NCBI GenBank assembly: GCA_040217195.1
Contig: JAVJNR010000002.1
Coordinates: 256,001 to 320,000 of the forward strand
DNA length: 64,000 nucleotides
Source: Leptospiraceae bacterium
Lineage (GTDB): Bacteria > Spirochaetota > Leptospiria > Leptospirales > Leptonemataceae
Direction: 5' to 3'
Of the stretch, positions 47,526 through 58,920 are shown piece by piece. The notes under the pieces are model-generated. The model ran no database searches. It was not told the origin of the DNA and saw only the letters and a program-made list of their open reading frames with translations. The position numbers and the translations under genes are program-made. Positions within the stretch are counted from its first letter, which is position 1; the number at the start of each line of letters is the position of its first letter.

Positions 47526-48302
47526 TCACCTGTAGAACAACGCTGTTGTGAAATATCCGAAAATAATTACAAATAGATAGGACAGTACCACCGATTGTCG
47601 CACAGCAACACCCACTCCAATGGCACCTCCAGTAGCAGTTAACCCCTGCTGACAGGAAATGGCCGAAATGGTAAGTCCAAATAGCAATGCCTTCAAGTTG
47701 CCTACCCATATGTCTTTGAGTCCTGTGTTACCCAGAAGAACTTCCATCACCAGATTGAAATAGGTAGAACTATCCACACCCAGCTGGGTTTTGGCTACCA
47801 GGGATCCGCCCAGAACTCCTAGAAGGCTTGCGTAGTTCGAAAGCACCGGCGTCATGATTGTAAAGCCAATCACTCGCGGCAGAACAAGGTAACGCACCGG
47901 ATTGATGGACATCACTTCCAGTGCATCAATTTCCTCTGAGACAGTCATGGTGCCAATCTCTGCAGCCATGGCAGAACCCACCGCAGCAGAAAGGATCAGT
48001 GCTGTCATGAAGGGAGCCATTTCCCTGGTCAGTGCAACCACGATCACATTTCCGATTTGCTCTTCCTGGCCAAAGTCCTTCAGAGCCAGACCTGTTTGAA
48101 GCGAAAGGATCATACCAGTGAATGTAGCCACAACACTTACTACAAAGAGGGATTTCAATCCTGCAACGTACATCTGCCTCAGTGTTTCGCGTTTCTTAAA
48201 CCATAGATGCGGTAGCTGAAGCATTGTGCGAAACAGCAATAGAAGGGTGCTGCCTGCACCGATAATGGGATCGTAAATGTAGGTGCGTAATAGCCAGATC
48301 AT
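47526..48302 (-). CDS. mlaE: MlaE family ABC permease
   Basis: Motifs REMAP, GSAMAAEIGTMTVSEEIDAL..M.INP and GGAIGVG. Confidence 0.93.
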   Translation of the reverse strand: MIWLLRTYIYDPIIGAGSTLLLLFRTMLQLPHLWFKKRETLRQMYVAGLKSLFVVSVVATFTGMILSLQTGLALKDFGQEEQIGNVIVVALTREMAPFMTALILSAAVGSAMAAEIGTMTVSEEIDALEVMSINPVRYLVLPRVIGFTIMTPVLSNYASLLGVLGGSLVAKTQLGVDSSTYFNLVMEVLLGNTGLKDIWVGNLKALLFGLTISAISCQQGLTATGGAIGVGVAVRQSVVLSYLFVIIFGYFTTALFYR

Positions 48303-49735
48303 AGTTTAAACCAGAGTAGATTTACATAATGTCGCATGGTTCCCTCATCGTCCGGGATATGGCTGTAGCCAAGCAGGCCGCCAAGCAATAAAAACTCAGT
48401 TCGTCTGGGAGCATTGTGATAATCGAACCCGGCAAAGAATACATGATTCTCTTTTTCATTCCATCGTTGCGAATAGAGCCTGAATAACATGCCAAAATAG
48501 CGGTCTCCATTGCTTTCTGTACGCCATTCGGCAATAGAATAAAGCGGGCCCCAGACTCGATCCATGGTGTCGTCGGGAAAAGGCCACAGCGAAATGGTCT
48601 GCCAGCCTGTGCCTCGATGCGGATCATCGTAGTAATGGAACAGTGGCCAGATCTTCAGCGAATGAGCCTGCAGGTTCTCTCTTGTATAATAACGGTTATG
48701 GTTGTAATAGAATGGAATCAAAAAGTCATACTCGGATTGAATACTATTCGAATTGGTGCTTAGTTGCCCGGCCAGAAGCAGGTAGAAATCCATAGACTTT
48801 TGATAGGGTAGCTCCGGATTGCCGAACCGATAGGATGCATAGAAAGGAAAGATCACATACTTGGAGATATGGGGATTCTTACCTTCAATGTCCTGGTATA
48901 GAAACCAGAGGGCCCGAAATTCAGTGGCCTCTCGCTGTCTGTCATAGCCCCAGGCAACAAGAGAAAATGGATAGAGAATGGAATGGGATGAAAGATCCCC
49001 TGAATCGGACCATTTACGGGCATAAAAAGGGAAGAACATGAAATGATGACGTGGATCTCTCTTATTCAAATCAGTGCTGCCCCATTGAAAGAAAGGCCAT
49101 AAAACGGATTTGTAATCGTAGGAGCCCCTATGGAGCTTATGAGAGTAGAAGGGAAGAATGCGAAAATCGGATCTTACCCGTCCATCGCCTCCCCACATGA
49201 TCAATGGCCATAAAATCGAATGGGCCTGGTATTTCCGATGGGACCAGTTTGTATAGAGAGGAAAGGCTACAAAACCAATCTCCGACCAGCCCAGTTTATT
49301 TCGAATTCGACCGTATATTGGGAAGATGCTGAAATACTGTTCTCGCTCTGTATTTCCGTAGCCCCAATAGAATAACGGAGCCAGGAAAATATCTGAATCC
49401 TGCTTTTCTTTTTCCCGGTAACGATCTTCGCCTGTGAACAGATATAGAAAAGTCCATTTTCGCCAGTAATTGGTGCCATGCTCATAGAATACAGGATAGA
49501 GAATGGTATTAAAATCGTAGGCCTTTTCCGAAGATTCGTAGGTAGTGTAGAACGGATGAAAGTTATACTCGCTCTGTCCTGGAGTGAGGGTATGGTCATA
49601 GAGAAATAGAAATTGATAATAGTCCCGGTATCCTTCGCCCTCTGTTTGCACCGGCATCCGGGCTTCCAGGGCCGGAGGTAGCATCAGTGTTATTACCGCA
49701 ATTAGCAGCCACAGTTGGCCGGTAGGTCGTATCAT
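48299..49735 (-). CDS. Exported, aromatic-rich repeat protein at the head of the MCE operon
   Basis: Signal peptide (..PPALEA) and many (F/W/L)P(F/L)(Y/F) motifs. ATGA overlap with mlaE. Start moved to ATG 49735. Confidence 0.7.
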   Translation of the reverse strand: MIRPTGQLWLLIAVITLMLPPALEARMPVQTEGEGYRDYYQFLFLYDHTLTPGQSEYNFHPFYTTYESSEKAYDFNTILYPVFYEHGTNYWRKWTFLYLFTGEDRYREKEKQDSDIFLAPLFYWGYGNTEREQYFSIFPIYGRIRNKLGWSEIGFVAFPLYTNWSHRKYQAHSILWPLIMWGGDGRVRSDFRILPFYSHKLHRGSYDYKSVLWPFFQWGSTDLNKRDPRHHFMFFPFYARKWSDSGDLSSHSILYPFSLVAWGYDRQREATEFRALWFLYQDIEGKNPHISKYVIFPFYASYRFGNPELPYQKSMDFYLLLAGQLSTNSNSIQSEYDFLIPFYYNHNRYYTRENLQAHSLKIWPLFHYYDDPHRGTGWQTISLWPFPDDTMDRVWGPLYSIAEWRTESNGDRYFGMLFRLYSQRWNEKENHVFFAGFDYHNAPRRTEFLLLGGLLGYSHIPDDEGTMRHYVNLLWFKL

Positions 49736-49828
49736 TCTTCCTGGTCCTGCCAATTCGTCCCGCACAGGGACATTTCTGAAATGCCTGGGCAATACGGTAA
49801 ACGGAAAATCATTGGAAGATACAAATCC

Positions 49829-51631
49829 TCAAGGATTGGAATAGGGTTGGCTAACAGACGGATGTGCCAGCAGGGACTGAATCACAGTATCCTCATGGTA
49901 AACAATCTGCCAGTCTTGCCAGAAGCCTTCAAAACGTATGGTCTGTTCCAATCGATGGTATTCCGGCGGCCACATGTATATGTGAACATTCCTTTCCCTC
50001 ATATACTCCAGGGTGGCTTCTTTTTCATGACCTATCCTTCCTCGATCCTTCAGTATTTTGCGGGCCAGGGTTCGATCTGTCAAACCTGTGGAAGCCTCCA
50101 GAGCATAGTCCGGATCCAGATTATAGATCAAAAAAGCAGCTCCACCATGGAAAGCTAATCTAAGACCAGTGCCCTGAACCAGGGGCCGATAGGACCGAGC
50201 CAGTCGGCCCAGCTTTTCCATTTCCTGTCGTGGATAATAATATCTTTCTTCTACAACACCCTGAATCTCAGGAATTAGATTCTGCTGGCGCAGGATTTTG
50301 TACGGATCCAGACGAAATGCTGGCAACAGTAGCAACAGTATCGGAAGTACCAGCCCCAGGTAAGTACCTTGCTTACCGGTTCTTTCAAGAGAGAGGGCCT
50401 TTTCAGAATTTTCCGGGGGATTCTGGCCTCGGTTGAATCTGTCAATCCATCCTGCCAGTGCCCATGCGATAAGAGCACACTGAGCTGGAAGGATGGGAAT
50501 CAAGAACCGAGCAAACATGAAATCCCCACCCACCCAGATGACATAGAGATGCCAGGCTATTACCACCAGAAGAAGCATCCACCAGGAGCTGGACCTGGAA
50601 TGACGAGCCTGCAGTGCAATGGAGACAGCCAGAAGCAGGGGAAGATACCAGTACGACTTGTAAAACAATATCAGATAGAATAGTCCCTGGCCGGGGTACG
50701 GATCATAAGCGGATTTCGCATAAAACGTGTTGGGAAAAAAAGAATCGTAGTAATAGAGCCGCCAGCTCTGGTACAGAAGAAGAAACAGTCCAGTTGCCAG
50801 GATGGGCCGTATTGCAGTTACCAGGGATTGGTACTGGCCCCGGCCACCGCTGAATCCTGCGGAACTATTCGTCTCAAGTATCCCCTGTGCTGAATTATGG
50901 CTTTGTTTGTCTGTTACTATTGATCTTAATGCAACTGTCGCAAGGTAGGCGTAAGCGATGATCAATACAATGAGTCCATCGGGTCGTAACAGGCAGGCCA
51001 GAGTGAGAAACAGTAGTGCCCGGCCAGGCTTTCTCTTTTGTGCGATCCAGAGAAAGTATGTCCCCAGGGAAATGGACAGAGTAAAGGACATTGTTTCCAG
51101 GCCGGAAGTAGCAAAGACATGCATATGATGTATGCCACCCAGAATCAGCAATGTGTAGAATAAGAGCGTAGTAGTCTCCGGGTTCACAGGGGCTTCCGTT
51201 TCGGAGGCATGATTGGACAGATTAATTCTGTATCTGCGCCAGGGGATGGCGCCTGCCAGCAACAGTATAAGTAATGTAGCCAGAGAGCCGATGGAGAGCA
51301 CCATGCTAAATGATTCAGCCGGAAAGTCTACGGAAAGACCAAGGGAGATTAGAATGGTCCACAGAAAGTTAGTGAATCCTTCCACATATTCGCCCTGGTT
51401 AAATACCAGACCATAGCCCCGAACCAGATTCCAGGCATAGCGAAAGGAAATAAAAGCATCATCGCTTAACCATCGGAGGCGAAAGGACTCATACAGTGCC
51501 CAGGTTAATGTCAGGATACCCGCCAGCAGACGATACAGGATCCGAGTATTGCTTTTACTTTGATGTTTGTCTTTCAAGTCCATGTCCTGAATATCATGAA
51601 AGGTCCTATGTGTTCGGTCCGGCCCTTGCAT
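49829..51631 (-). CDS. GT-C-fold membrane glycosyltransferase (AftB-like)
   Basis: Motifs SDDAFISFRYAWNL..GYGLVFN.GE.VEGFT, RPDG, FPNTFYAK and GGDFMFARF. True start may be 51583. Confidence 0.75.
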   Translation of the reverse strand: MQGPDRTHRTFHDIQDMDLKDKHQSKSNTRILYRLLAGILTLTWALYESFRLRWLSDDAFISFRYAWNLVRGYGLVFNQGEYVEGFTNFLWTILISLGLSVDFPAESFSMVLSIGSLATLLILLLAGAIPWRRYRINLSNHASETEAPVNPETTTLLFYTLLILGGIHHMHVFATSGLETMSFTLSISLGTYFLWIAQKRKPGRALLFLTLACLLRPDGLIVLIIAYAYLATVALRSIVTDKQSHNSAQGILETNSSAGFSGGRGQYQSLVTAIRPILATGLFLLLYQSWRLYYYDSFFPNTFYAKSAYDPYPGQGLFYLILFYKSYWYLPLLLAVSIALQARHSRSSSWWMLLLVVIAWHLYVIWVGGDFMFARFLIPILPAQCALIAWALAGWIDRFNRGQNPPENSEKALSLERTGKQGTYLGLVLPILLLLLPAFRLDPYKILRQQNLIPEIQGVVEERYYYPRQEMEKLGRLARSYRPLVQGTGLRLAFHGGAAFLIYNLDPDYALEASTGLTDRTLARKILKDRGRIGHEKEATLEYMRERNVHIYMWPPEYHRLEQTIRFEGFWQDWQIVYHEDTVIQSLLAHPSVSQPYSNP

Positions 51632-51732
51632 CCAATCTTTCTGGGCTCCATCGTAGCCTGGCTTTGCGGAAGCTTTTTTGCTCGACCCATAGAATCCATC
51701 TGCATTCTTCGATTGAGATCTTCAAAGCAGGA

Positions 51733-53004
51733 ATGAATAGCTCAATGCAGAAGTGGAAGGATTATTTCTTTGGCGTATTCTATACAGATCCCAGAGAAAT
51801 CGGCAGCCTGAATGGAATTCGAAGCCTGGCAATCTTTATGCTCTTTTATGTGCATCTGTTTCGGTTCCTCGGTGTGGATGACCCGAACCAGGGAGTGGAC
51901 CAGAGCCTGGGTTGGCTGCGAAACTTTCTGGATAATGGCTCCCAGAGTATCGATATGTTTTTCGTGCTCAGCGGATTTCTCATTTCAGGTCCGCTCATGC
52001 GTCAGCTGGATCGCAAAGGTACGCTGGATCTGAAAAACTTCTATATAAAGCGATCGCTTCGAATTTTTCCTCCTTACTTCATTTTCTGCGCCATTCAATT
52101 CTTCATTTTTATTCCCAGCGCTGCCAGGTGGAATCCAGCCTATGCAGAAAATAGCTGGCGAATCATTTTTGACCTACTGTATGTGAGCAACTACTGGCAT
52201 GGTACCATCTTTCACGGGTGGTCTCTTTCTCTGGAGGAGCAGTTCTATTTGCTTTTTCCATTTCTTCTTTTGATGGTATTTCCTAAGCTGGGAAAAAGGG
52301 GACGCCTCTGGTTCCTGATCGTATTTACGGCGATCCCTCTGGTTTTCAGAGCGGTATATCTGTACGCAGTCATCCTTCCCGCATCTGGTGTGGAGCAGAT
52401 CAATCTCTATAACAAGGGAATCTATTATCCGTTCCATGGGCATTACGATTCGATTTTTATTGGAATTATCCTGGCATTCATCTATGACAATTACCGGGAT
52501 TTTATGAATCGGCTGTTCTCGAACAAAGTGCTTTTCTATTCCGTGCAAACTGGTGCCTGGGGCGGAATCATCGCCTATTCCTTTCTGGTGTTCGAGTTTG
52601 ATACCAGCGTTGCCAGCATGGTAATTCGATTTCCATTATTCAGTACTTTATGGGCATTGGTAATGATAACCAGTATGAAAGAAGGGACGATCATCAATCG
52701 ACTGCTGTCTTTTAAAATTTACAGCCCCATTGCGAAGTTGTCCTATTGTGCCTATCTGATTCATATTGCTGTTATGACTCCTCTGATACGTAAATTCTTT
52801 GTTACTCGCACCGAGGAAGGTATCCCAATGACTCGATTTATTGAGCAATGGGAAGTGATTCCTTACTCCATTCTCATGGGATTCATAATCCTGACTGTAG
52901 CGTATTTGTATCATCTTGTGGCAGAGAGACCATTCATGATTCTAAAAGAAAAGTACGCAGGTAAGCAGATTAGCTTTGAGAAAGTGAAAAGCGCTGAAGC
53001 CTGA
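51733..53004 (+). CDS. Acyltransferase-3 (OafA-like) O-acyltransferase
   Basis: Motifs [38 protein letters not shown] and SYCAYLIH. Start moved to ATG 51733. Confidence 0.9.
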   Translation: MNSSMQKWKDYFFGVFYTDPREIGSLNGIRSLAIFMLFYVHLFRFLGVDDPNQGVDQSLGWLRNFLDNGSQSIDMFFVLSGFLISGPLMRQLDRKGTLDLKNFYIKRSLRIFPPYFIFCAIQFFIFIPSAARWNPAYAENSWRIIFDLLYVSNYWHGTIFHGWSLSLEEQFYLLFPFLLLMVFPKLGKRGRLWFLIVFTAIPLVFRAVYLYAVILPASGVEQINLYNKGIYYPFHGHYDSIFIGIILAFIYDNYRDFMNRLFSNKVLFYSVQTGAWGGIIAYSFLVFEFDTSVASMVIRFPLFSTLWALVMITSMKEGTIINRLLSFKIYSPIAKLSYCAYLIHIAVMTPLIRKFFVTRTEEGIPMTRFIEQWEVIPYSILMGFIILTVAYLYHLVAERPFMILKEKYAGKQISFEKVKSAEA

Positions 53005-53066
53005 GAACTAATTGGCGGGCATCTAATCCGGTCCAGTGCACCGGGATGCCTTGAGTAATGTTCGCA

Positions 53067-54722
53067 TCAATTCCGATCCGATGGCCCTTTTACGATCCCT
53101 TCTATATAGATTAGTCCGGGATTTATGATCCCGTTTTCTGGATTCATCAGAAATTCCCGGATGGAGCTTTTTTCCTCTGGACTCAAACTATTTCTAACCT
53201 GCATTTCCAGAACTTCATTCTCTGTGGATGCCTCAGTCCCGGCGCCATCTGGTCTATTGGAGTGGGACTCTTGCATAGGAGCTGGCAATGCGATGAACAG
53301 GATCTTCTTTCCGGGGGCCGAGGACTGCAGCAAACCGAGTAGCTCGGGCAATTCTTTGTGATCATTAATGGAAAGAATGGGCCTGCGAGTATATTCAACG
53401 CCACTGTAGTAAAAGATATCGATTCCAGCAAAAACCCAGACATCTGCATTTCGATCCTTCATTTGCTGAATAGCCGTAGCTGTAGTCTTACGCGCATTTC
53501 GCAAGAATTTCAGGCCAGCATAATTAAGAGTAATCGTAACCAGCGAAAGAGCGATGAGGAAAGCCTGGAGAATCCGTCTGGCTGGAACCTGCTTCAGATG
53601 CCAGATTTCCCGTGCCAGAACCACTGAAGGGAGCAAGATGGGCCCAAAATAGCGAGGTCCCCAGTCCATGATTCCATTGTTTGGAACGATTAAGAGCACC
53701 ACGGGAATGTAGATCAGTACCGTGCCCAAAAGGATTCGGCCAACGGTTTCTAGCCTGCGATGAAAAAAGATAGCTATGAGAAGAACAAAGGCCAGCCCAG
53801 GCATATAGCCGAACAATCCAGGCTTTACGTTATGCCAGAATAGTAGATCGAAGGCCCATTCTGCGCGTAAAGCAGGAGAAACGCTCAGGCCGGAAGCATT
53901 GATCAAGAAGCGAGGACCCAGGGGATGGCCATAGAGAAATAGATTAAAACCAGAAAAAGAGAACACCAGGATACTAGCTGCCAGAGTGAATTGCAACAAC
54001 CCACTTTCTTTAATTCGCTGGAAGAAATTATTGGAGGTTGCGGCTTCAGATTGTTCGGGAACCACTTTTTCTGAATCAATCGTCTTTTGCGCATAAGTTT
54101 CAAAAAGCGAAGAAGCGATAGATGCCATTCCCACAGCCAGTAAGAGAGGTAGAGTTTCATGGCGAAAGAATAGTGCCAGTGCTATAACGGTTCCTCCCAG
54201 CATTGGCCGCTTGGCCTTGAGCCAGAGGGATAGCCCTGCAAAAGAAAGAAAAGCAACGATAAGGTGTTCGCTGAACTCAAGTGTAAAGCTCATCAAGAAC
54301 GTTAGTAGCACCGGCACAAAAAGCCAGAATCCGCGAAAATTCCAGAAACGGTACAGTAGCCAGCAACATCCAATCAGAAATGAGGCAGACAAAAGCACTA
54401 CGCCTGCAGGTCCCAGAAAAGACCAGACGGGTGCGAATAGGGCCGCCAGAGCTACCGGGAAAGCGCTTACATATCGCCCATCAATCTTTCCGAATGCATT
54501 TGCTCCGTGGGGGAAGAAGCGATAGTTCGGATCTTCTGTAGAGAAATGATAGAATAGCTCATCCGAGCTGAATCCCTGTTCCCAGAGAGAGAAGGACTGT
54601 ACAAGTTTGTTATGTGAATCCCAGGAAAAAGAAAAGTTCGGACGAGCATAAGCAGAGATGCCCAGAACAATAAAGCCTAACAGGGCGAAAGCCAGCCATG
54701 GTTTTGCTTTTTCTGAAATCAT
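53067..54722 (-). CDS. Polytopic membrane glycosyltransferase-like protein (LA_3751/3752-like)
   Basis: Many TM helices with SWDSHNKLVQ, EFSEH, FRHE, YGHPLGPR and DWGPRY. Confidence 0.62.
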   Translation of the reverse strand: MISEKAKPWLAFALLGFIVLGISAYARPNFSFSWDSHNKLVQSFSLWEQGFSSDELFYHFSTEDPNYRFFPHGANAFGKIDGRYVSAFPVALAALFAPVWSFLGPAGVVLLSASFLIGCCWLLYRFWNFRGFWLFVPVLLTFLMSFTLEFSEHLIVAFLSFAGLSLWLKAKRPMLGGTVIALALFFRHETLPLLLAVGMASIASSLFETYAQKTIDSEKVVPEQSEAATSNNFFQRIKESGLLQFTLAASILVFSFSGFNLFLYGHPLGPRFLINASGLSVSPALRAEWAFDLLFWHNVKPGLFGYMPGLAFVLLIAIFFHRRLETVGRILLGTVLIYIPVVLLIVPNNGIMDWGPRYFGPILLPSVVLAREIWHLKQVPARRILQAFLIALSLVTITLNYAGLKFLRNARKTTATAIQQMKDRNADVWVFAGIDIFYYSGVEYTRRPILSINDHKELPELLGLLQSSAPGKKILFIALPAPMQESHSNRPDGAGTEASTENEVLEMQVRNSLSPEEKSSIREFLMNPENGIINPGLIYIEGIVKGPSDRN

Positions 54723-54779
54723 AGAAATGATCCGCCTGAGAATCGCCGCAACCTCTTTGATATAAGCCAGAGCTCAACT

Positions 54780-56045
54780 CTACGGAGGCGCAGGCATTGG
54801 AGGCAATGGCTTGCCCTTCATCTTTGAAATGATTACATCTCGCAATATCATGAATGGTCGTTCCGTAACCAGGTAATAGAAATAAGCCAATAGCATCACA
54901 AATGCGCCGGTGGCAACGCCGTAAAATAGTACGAATTTATGTTCTACGTATCCATCCAGGCCAATGAGCAGTGCTGTAGCCGGAAGACTGCCCACTACAT
55001 GAAGAATGTAGGTTGTATACGTTAGTTTAGCCGGTGCTGAGAAAATGTTCCAGGCAAAGATCTTGCTAATCCAGAAGTCCGGTCGATAGGCCAGAAATAG
55101 AAGGAAGTAGCCATAGAACATGTTAAATACGTTGAAGCGAATTACCTGACTGAAAAATCCATACGTGAATTCATTAACAAGCAGTGAATTTAATCCAACA
55201 ATGATGGCGGCCACGCTTAGAATTACAATATTCAATTTCTTTCGATTGAAAAACTCCTGGAGCTTTTGCGGCCCGGTAACGTGTAATCGGCCAATTATGA
55301 CTCCCATAAGAAGCGAGTCAGCATGACCATGAAATGGATGATAAATGTACTTGTGGTACGCATGCTCCATCTCCGGTCCGCTTGGCGGAAGTTCGGCCAT
55401 GAATGTGAAGTGGGCCCAGAGTCTGTACAAGAATGGCATCAAGTACAGAGAGATTAGCAAACGATTTCGCAGGCGTTCCGGAGTGCGAATATAGATAAAA
55501 GCCAGGAAGAATGGGATAAGCAAATAGAACTGTTCTTCCAGAGCAAGAGACCAGGTGTGATACTGAATTCCTTCCATGTAGTTGGAAAGATACAGATACT
55601 CAACGATTGCATTTTGCTGGGTTTGCTCAATGTGCTGCGCCGTATCCGGTGTTGCATTTTTGCCTAGAGTGGCTGGCATGAGTACAAAAGCGTAAAGAGT
55701 TATGAATATGTAGTAGGCCGGGAAAATTCGCAGAGTTCGCTTGAGGAAGTACTCCCCGAACTTCAAGCCCTTTCCGGCTTCCATACGCGCTATCAGGGGA
55801 CCTGCAATTAGAAAGCCACTAAGTACAAAGAACATATCCATGAACTGGGAGGCGCTGTCGTAGAAATTCTTCCAGTAAGGTGAGAAGTTCAAAATCCGAT
55901 CATGCTGCTCCAGGGTCTGGGAAAGGTGCGTCGTGATGACTGCAAAGACACCTATAGCCCTGGGCGCATTAAGAGGTGCTATGTCTCCAGGCACCGGCCG
56001 AAAAACATAGGTGAGGTAATTCCAGATGGACTTTAGCATGATCAT
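54780..56045 (-). CDS. Acyltransferase-3 (OafA-like) O-acyltransferase
   Basis: Motifs [32 protein letters not shown] and ERPFM. Paralog of 51733..53004. Confidence 0.9.
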   Translation of the reverse strand: MIMLKSIWNYLTYVFRPVPGDIAPLNAPRAIGVFAVITTHLSQTLEQHDRILNFSPYWKNFYDSASQFMDMFFVLSGFLIAGPLIARMEAGKGLKFGEYFLKRTLRIFPAYYIFITLYAFVLMPATLGKNATPDTAQHIEQTQQNAIVEYLYLSNYMEGIQYHTWSLALEEQFYLLIPFFLAFIYIRTPERLRNRLLISLYLMPFLYRLWAHFTFMAELPPSGPEMEHAYHKYIYHPFHGHADSLLMGVIIGRLHVTGPQKLQEFFNRKKLNIVILSVAAIIVGLNSLLVNEFTYGFFSQVIRFNVFNMFYGYFLLFLAYRPDFWISKIFAWNIFSAPAKLTYTTYILHVVGSLPATALLIGLDGYVEHKFVLFYGVATGAFVMLLAYFYYLVTERPFMILRDVIISKMKGKPLPPMPAPP

Positions 56046-56098
56046 TTTTACTCGACCCGGCAGGCTTGGAACAAATCCTTTCCTCCGAGGAGCTAATC

Positions 56099-57787
56099 AT
56101 GCCACTGATTCTGGAAAACCCGCTGAAAAAAACCAAAAAAACCGAAAGCCAGGATAACGGAGCATCCAAAACCCCCGTTACCGCTCAGGCCAAGAACAGC
56201 CACCCGGATTCTCCCTACGAAAAAGCGCTTAAAATGGGCCAGGATCTGGTGGAACGACCCTATCGAGGGGGCGGAACCAGACGAATTACGATTCAGCACT
56301 CCAAGGACCGAATGACCGTTTTCGAACGGATCAAGGTACTAACTCAGGAGGAACCGAATCTTACCTTCCAGAACTGGGGTAATCAGCTAGATGGGGCCAG
56401 CATAGTAACCGGAATACTAAAGATTGGGAACCGGGATGTTGCCATTTATGGTCACGATTTCACTAATCGGGCCGGTTCCATGGATGCCACCAACGGTGCC
56501 AAGCTTGCCCGTTTGATTTACATGGCTGGTGAAAAAGGGATTCCGTTGATAGGAATGAATGATTCCGCAGGTGCATTCGTTCCTGCAGGTGTTGGCGGAC
56601 TGGATGGATATTCGGAAGCTTTCGCAGCACTTCGCAGAGTATCCGGTGTGGTTCCTTCTATTATGTTGATGTTTGGCTTCAATGCCGGGGGTGGATCCTA
56701 TCTACCTCGTCAGGGAAGCTTCATGATTCAGCATCATGATACTTTCTTTGGTCTCACCGGTCCCCAGGTTGTAAAAGATGTACTGGGAGAAGAGGTTACT
56801 CCGGATGAGCTGGGTGGCCCCGGCGTGCATGGCAAAAGTGGAGTCGTGGACATTGTGGCAAACGATGAACTGGGAGCTCTGCGAAAGGCTCTTAGGCTAC
56901 TTAGCTATATTCCAGATAACAATCACAGCGTTGCACCTTTTCATGAAACCAGCGACCCTACGGATCGTTTCATCTATGAAGAGGATATTTTGCTTCGCCG
57001 GACTTTTAATTCCCCTGCGGGCTTCAATACTCCATTCGACATTACTTTGATGATTCAAAACATTTTTGACCATGGTGAATATTTTGAAGTCCAGCCTCAA
57101 AGAGCGCGAAACCTGGTTACCTGTTTTGGACGCCTGGGCGGTCATGTTGTAGGAATTCTGGCAAACAACTCGGCTGTGGCCAGCGGGCAGATCGATATTA
57201 ATGCAGCATTCAAGGGTGCTCGATTCACCAGATTCTGCAATCTATATAATATTCCGGTAATTTTCTTCGAAGATACTACAGGATTTCTGCCGGGAAAAGA
57301 GCAGGAGTCCGGCGGTATTGTTCAGGCCGGCCGTGCATTGCTTGATTCAATTATTGATCTTCGAGTTCCTCGTTTCTTAGTAATCGTGCGAAATGCATTT
57401 GGTGGTGCCTATGCCACCTGGAATTCCTACCATGTGGGTGCAGATATGGTATTTACACTGCCCACGGCTCGAGTAGCGGTAATGGGCCCTGCGGGCAAGG
57501 AATTCGTATACAAGAAAGATATGCAGGAAGCAAGGAAGCAGGCCAGGGACCTGGAAAAGCAGGGCAAAACCGAAGAGGCCCGAGCCTTGATGGATCAGAT
57601 AAACAAAGATCTTACCGATCGTTACGAGGCAGATTTAATGAATCCCAAGGAAGCGCTATCCCTTGGCTCCATTTCCAGAGTGATGATGCCCGGTGAAAGC
57701 CGCAAACTTCTGGCCTCTAACCTGGATTTCTATATGCGACATTACAAGGCTTCGGCCATGGGTGGACCGCAGCGCGAATTCCATTAA
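56099..57787 (+). CDS. Acyl-CoA carboxylase carboxyltransferase (beta) subunit
   Basis: Motifs [27 protein letters not shown] and VMGP. GAGGAG RBS before ATG 56099. Confidence 0.92.
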   Translation: MPLILENPLKKTKKTESQDNGASKTPVTAQAKNSHPDSPYEKALKMGQDLVERPYRGGGTRRITIQHSKDRMTVFERIKVLTQEEPNLTFQNWGNQLDGASIVTGILKIGNRDVAIYGHDFTNRAGSMDATNGAKLARLIYMAGEKGIPLIGMNDSAGAFVPAGVGGLDGYSEAFAALRRVSGVVPSIMLMFGFNAGGGSYLPRQGSFMIQHHDTFFGLTGPQVVKDVLGEEVTPDELGGPGVHGKSGVVDIVANDELGALRKALRLLSYIPDNNHSVAPFHETSDPTDRFIYEEDILLRRTFNSPAGFNTPFDITLMIQNIFDHGEYFEVQPQRARNLVTCFGRLGGHVVGILANNSAVASGQIDINAAFKGARFTRFCNLYNIPVIFFEDTTGFLPGKEQESGGIVQAGRALLDSIIDLRVPRFLVIVRNAFGGAYATWNSYHVGADMVFTLPTARVAVMGPAGKEFVYKKDMQEARKQARDLEKQGKTEEARALMDQINKDLTDRYEADLMNPKEALSLGSISRVMMPGESRKLLASNLDFYMRHYKASAMGGPQREFH

Positions 57788-57935
57788 GTACGCTGGAGGA
57801 AAGCTGGCCCTCCGTCCTGGGCCGGCCGCTCCGGGGAATCGTCCCATCCGTTCATTGCTGATTTCAAGAGTTCGCTACCGTCTGCTCCATTCAATTCTAA
57901 TTGCTGAGACTCCCAGTAATCCTTATCTTTGATTC

Positions 57936-58871
57936 ATGAAAATCGCGGTCATAACCGGAGTGAGTGGTCTGGTAGGCGGAGAATTGTCCAGGATGCTTCA
58001 GGCATCAGGGTACGAAGTTCGAGGCCTTTCCAGAAGTCCCGAGAAATTGAAATCTCCCATCCGCGGCTTTCACTGGGATCCGGATCAGAGTGTAATGGAT
58101 GAATCGGCTCTGGAAGGAGCAACCACGGTAATCCATCTGGCCGGCGAAAGCATAGCGGATGGTCGCTGGACTGAAAAAAGGAAGAGAGAAATAATCGATA
58201 GTCGCACCCGTTCCTGTAATCTACTGGCCAATGCCCTAAGAAGGCAGGAGACCAGCGGAAATTCTGTACCCCGGTCTGTGGTTCTGGCAAGCGCCATAGG
58301 ATATTATGGAAATCGAGGGGATGAGTTGCTTCATGAGGATTCCGATCCAGGGGTTGGCTTTCTTTCGGAAACAACCCTGGAATGGGAAAAGGCTGGCGAA
58401 TTTTCTAGTGCTCTGCGCGAGGTCCGTCTTCGCATAGGAGTGGTTCTGTCGCGGAAGGGCGGAGCACTACGTGAGATGGAAAAGCCGCTAAAACTATTCG
58501 CAGGCGCAGTACCCGGTAGCGGTGATCAGTACCTGAGCTGGATACATTACAAGGATCTGGCCAGTATGATACAGTTTGCCGCGGAAAATGAATCCATTCG
58601 CGGAATCTACAATGCAGTCTCCCCTGATCCCAGGACCATGCAATCGTTTATGAAATCCCTGGGAAAATCCGTAGGTAGACCAGTTTACCTTCCCAATGTT
58701 CCAGGATTTGCATTGAAACTGATGCTGGGTGAAATGTCCGAAATGATTCTGGGAGGGGCTAGAATCTCCAGCGAAAAGATCCAGAAATCTGGCTTCGAAT
58801 TTGAATATCCTGATCTGGACCTGGCACTGAAAAACCTCTATGCTGAGAAAAACCAGTCGGTCCGGAATTAA
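57936..58871 (+). CDS. TIGR01777/YfcH family NAD-dependent epimerase-like protein
   Basis: Motifs TGVSGLVG, IHLAGESI..GRWT, ASAIGYYG and GDQYLSWIH. Confidence 0.92.
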   Translation: MKIAVITGVSGLVGGELSRMLQASGYEVRGLSRSPEKLKSPIRGFHWDPDQSVMDESALEGATTVIHLAGESIADGRWTEKRKREIIDSRTRSCNLLANALRRQETSGNSVPRSVVLASAIGYYGNRGDELLHEDSDPGVGFLSETTLEWEKAGEFSSALREVRLRIGVVLSRKGGALREMEKPLKLFAGAVPGSGDQYLSWIHYKDLASMIQFAAENESIRGIYNAVSPDPRTMQSFMKSLGKSVGRPVYLPNVPGFALKLMLGEMSEMILGGARISSEKIQKSGFEFEYPDLDLALKNLYAEKNQSVRN

Positions 58872-58920
58872 TTAGTTTCGCAGACCCATCAGGAAATCGC
58901 AAGGAACTAAATCGTCAGAA

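Noticed and set aside
57936..58871. TIGR01777 gene as a member of the light locus
   Set aside because: The family often accompanies such clusters, but here it is about 12 kb away in another gene run with no direct link.
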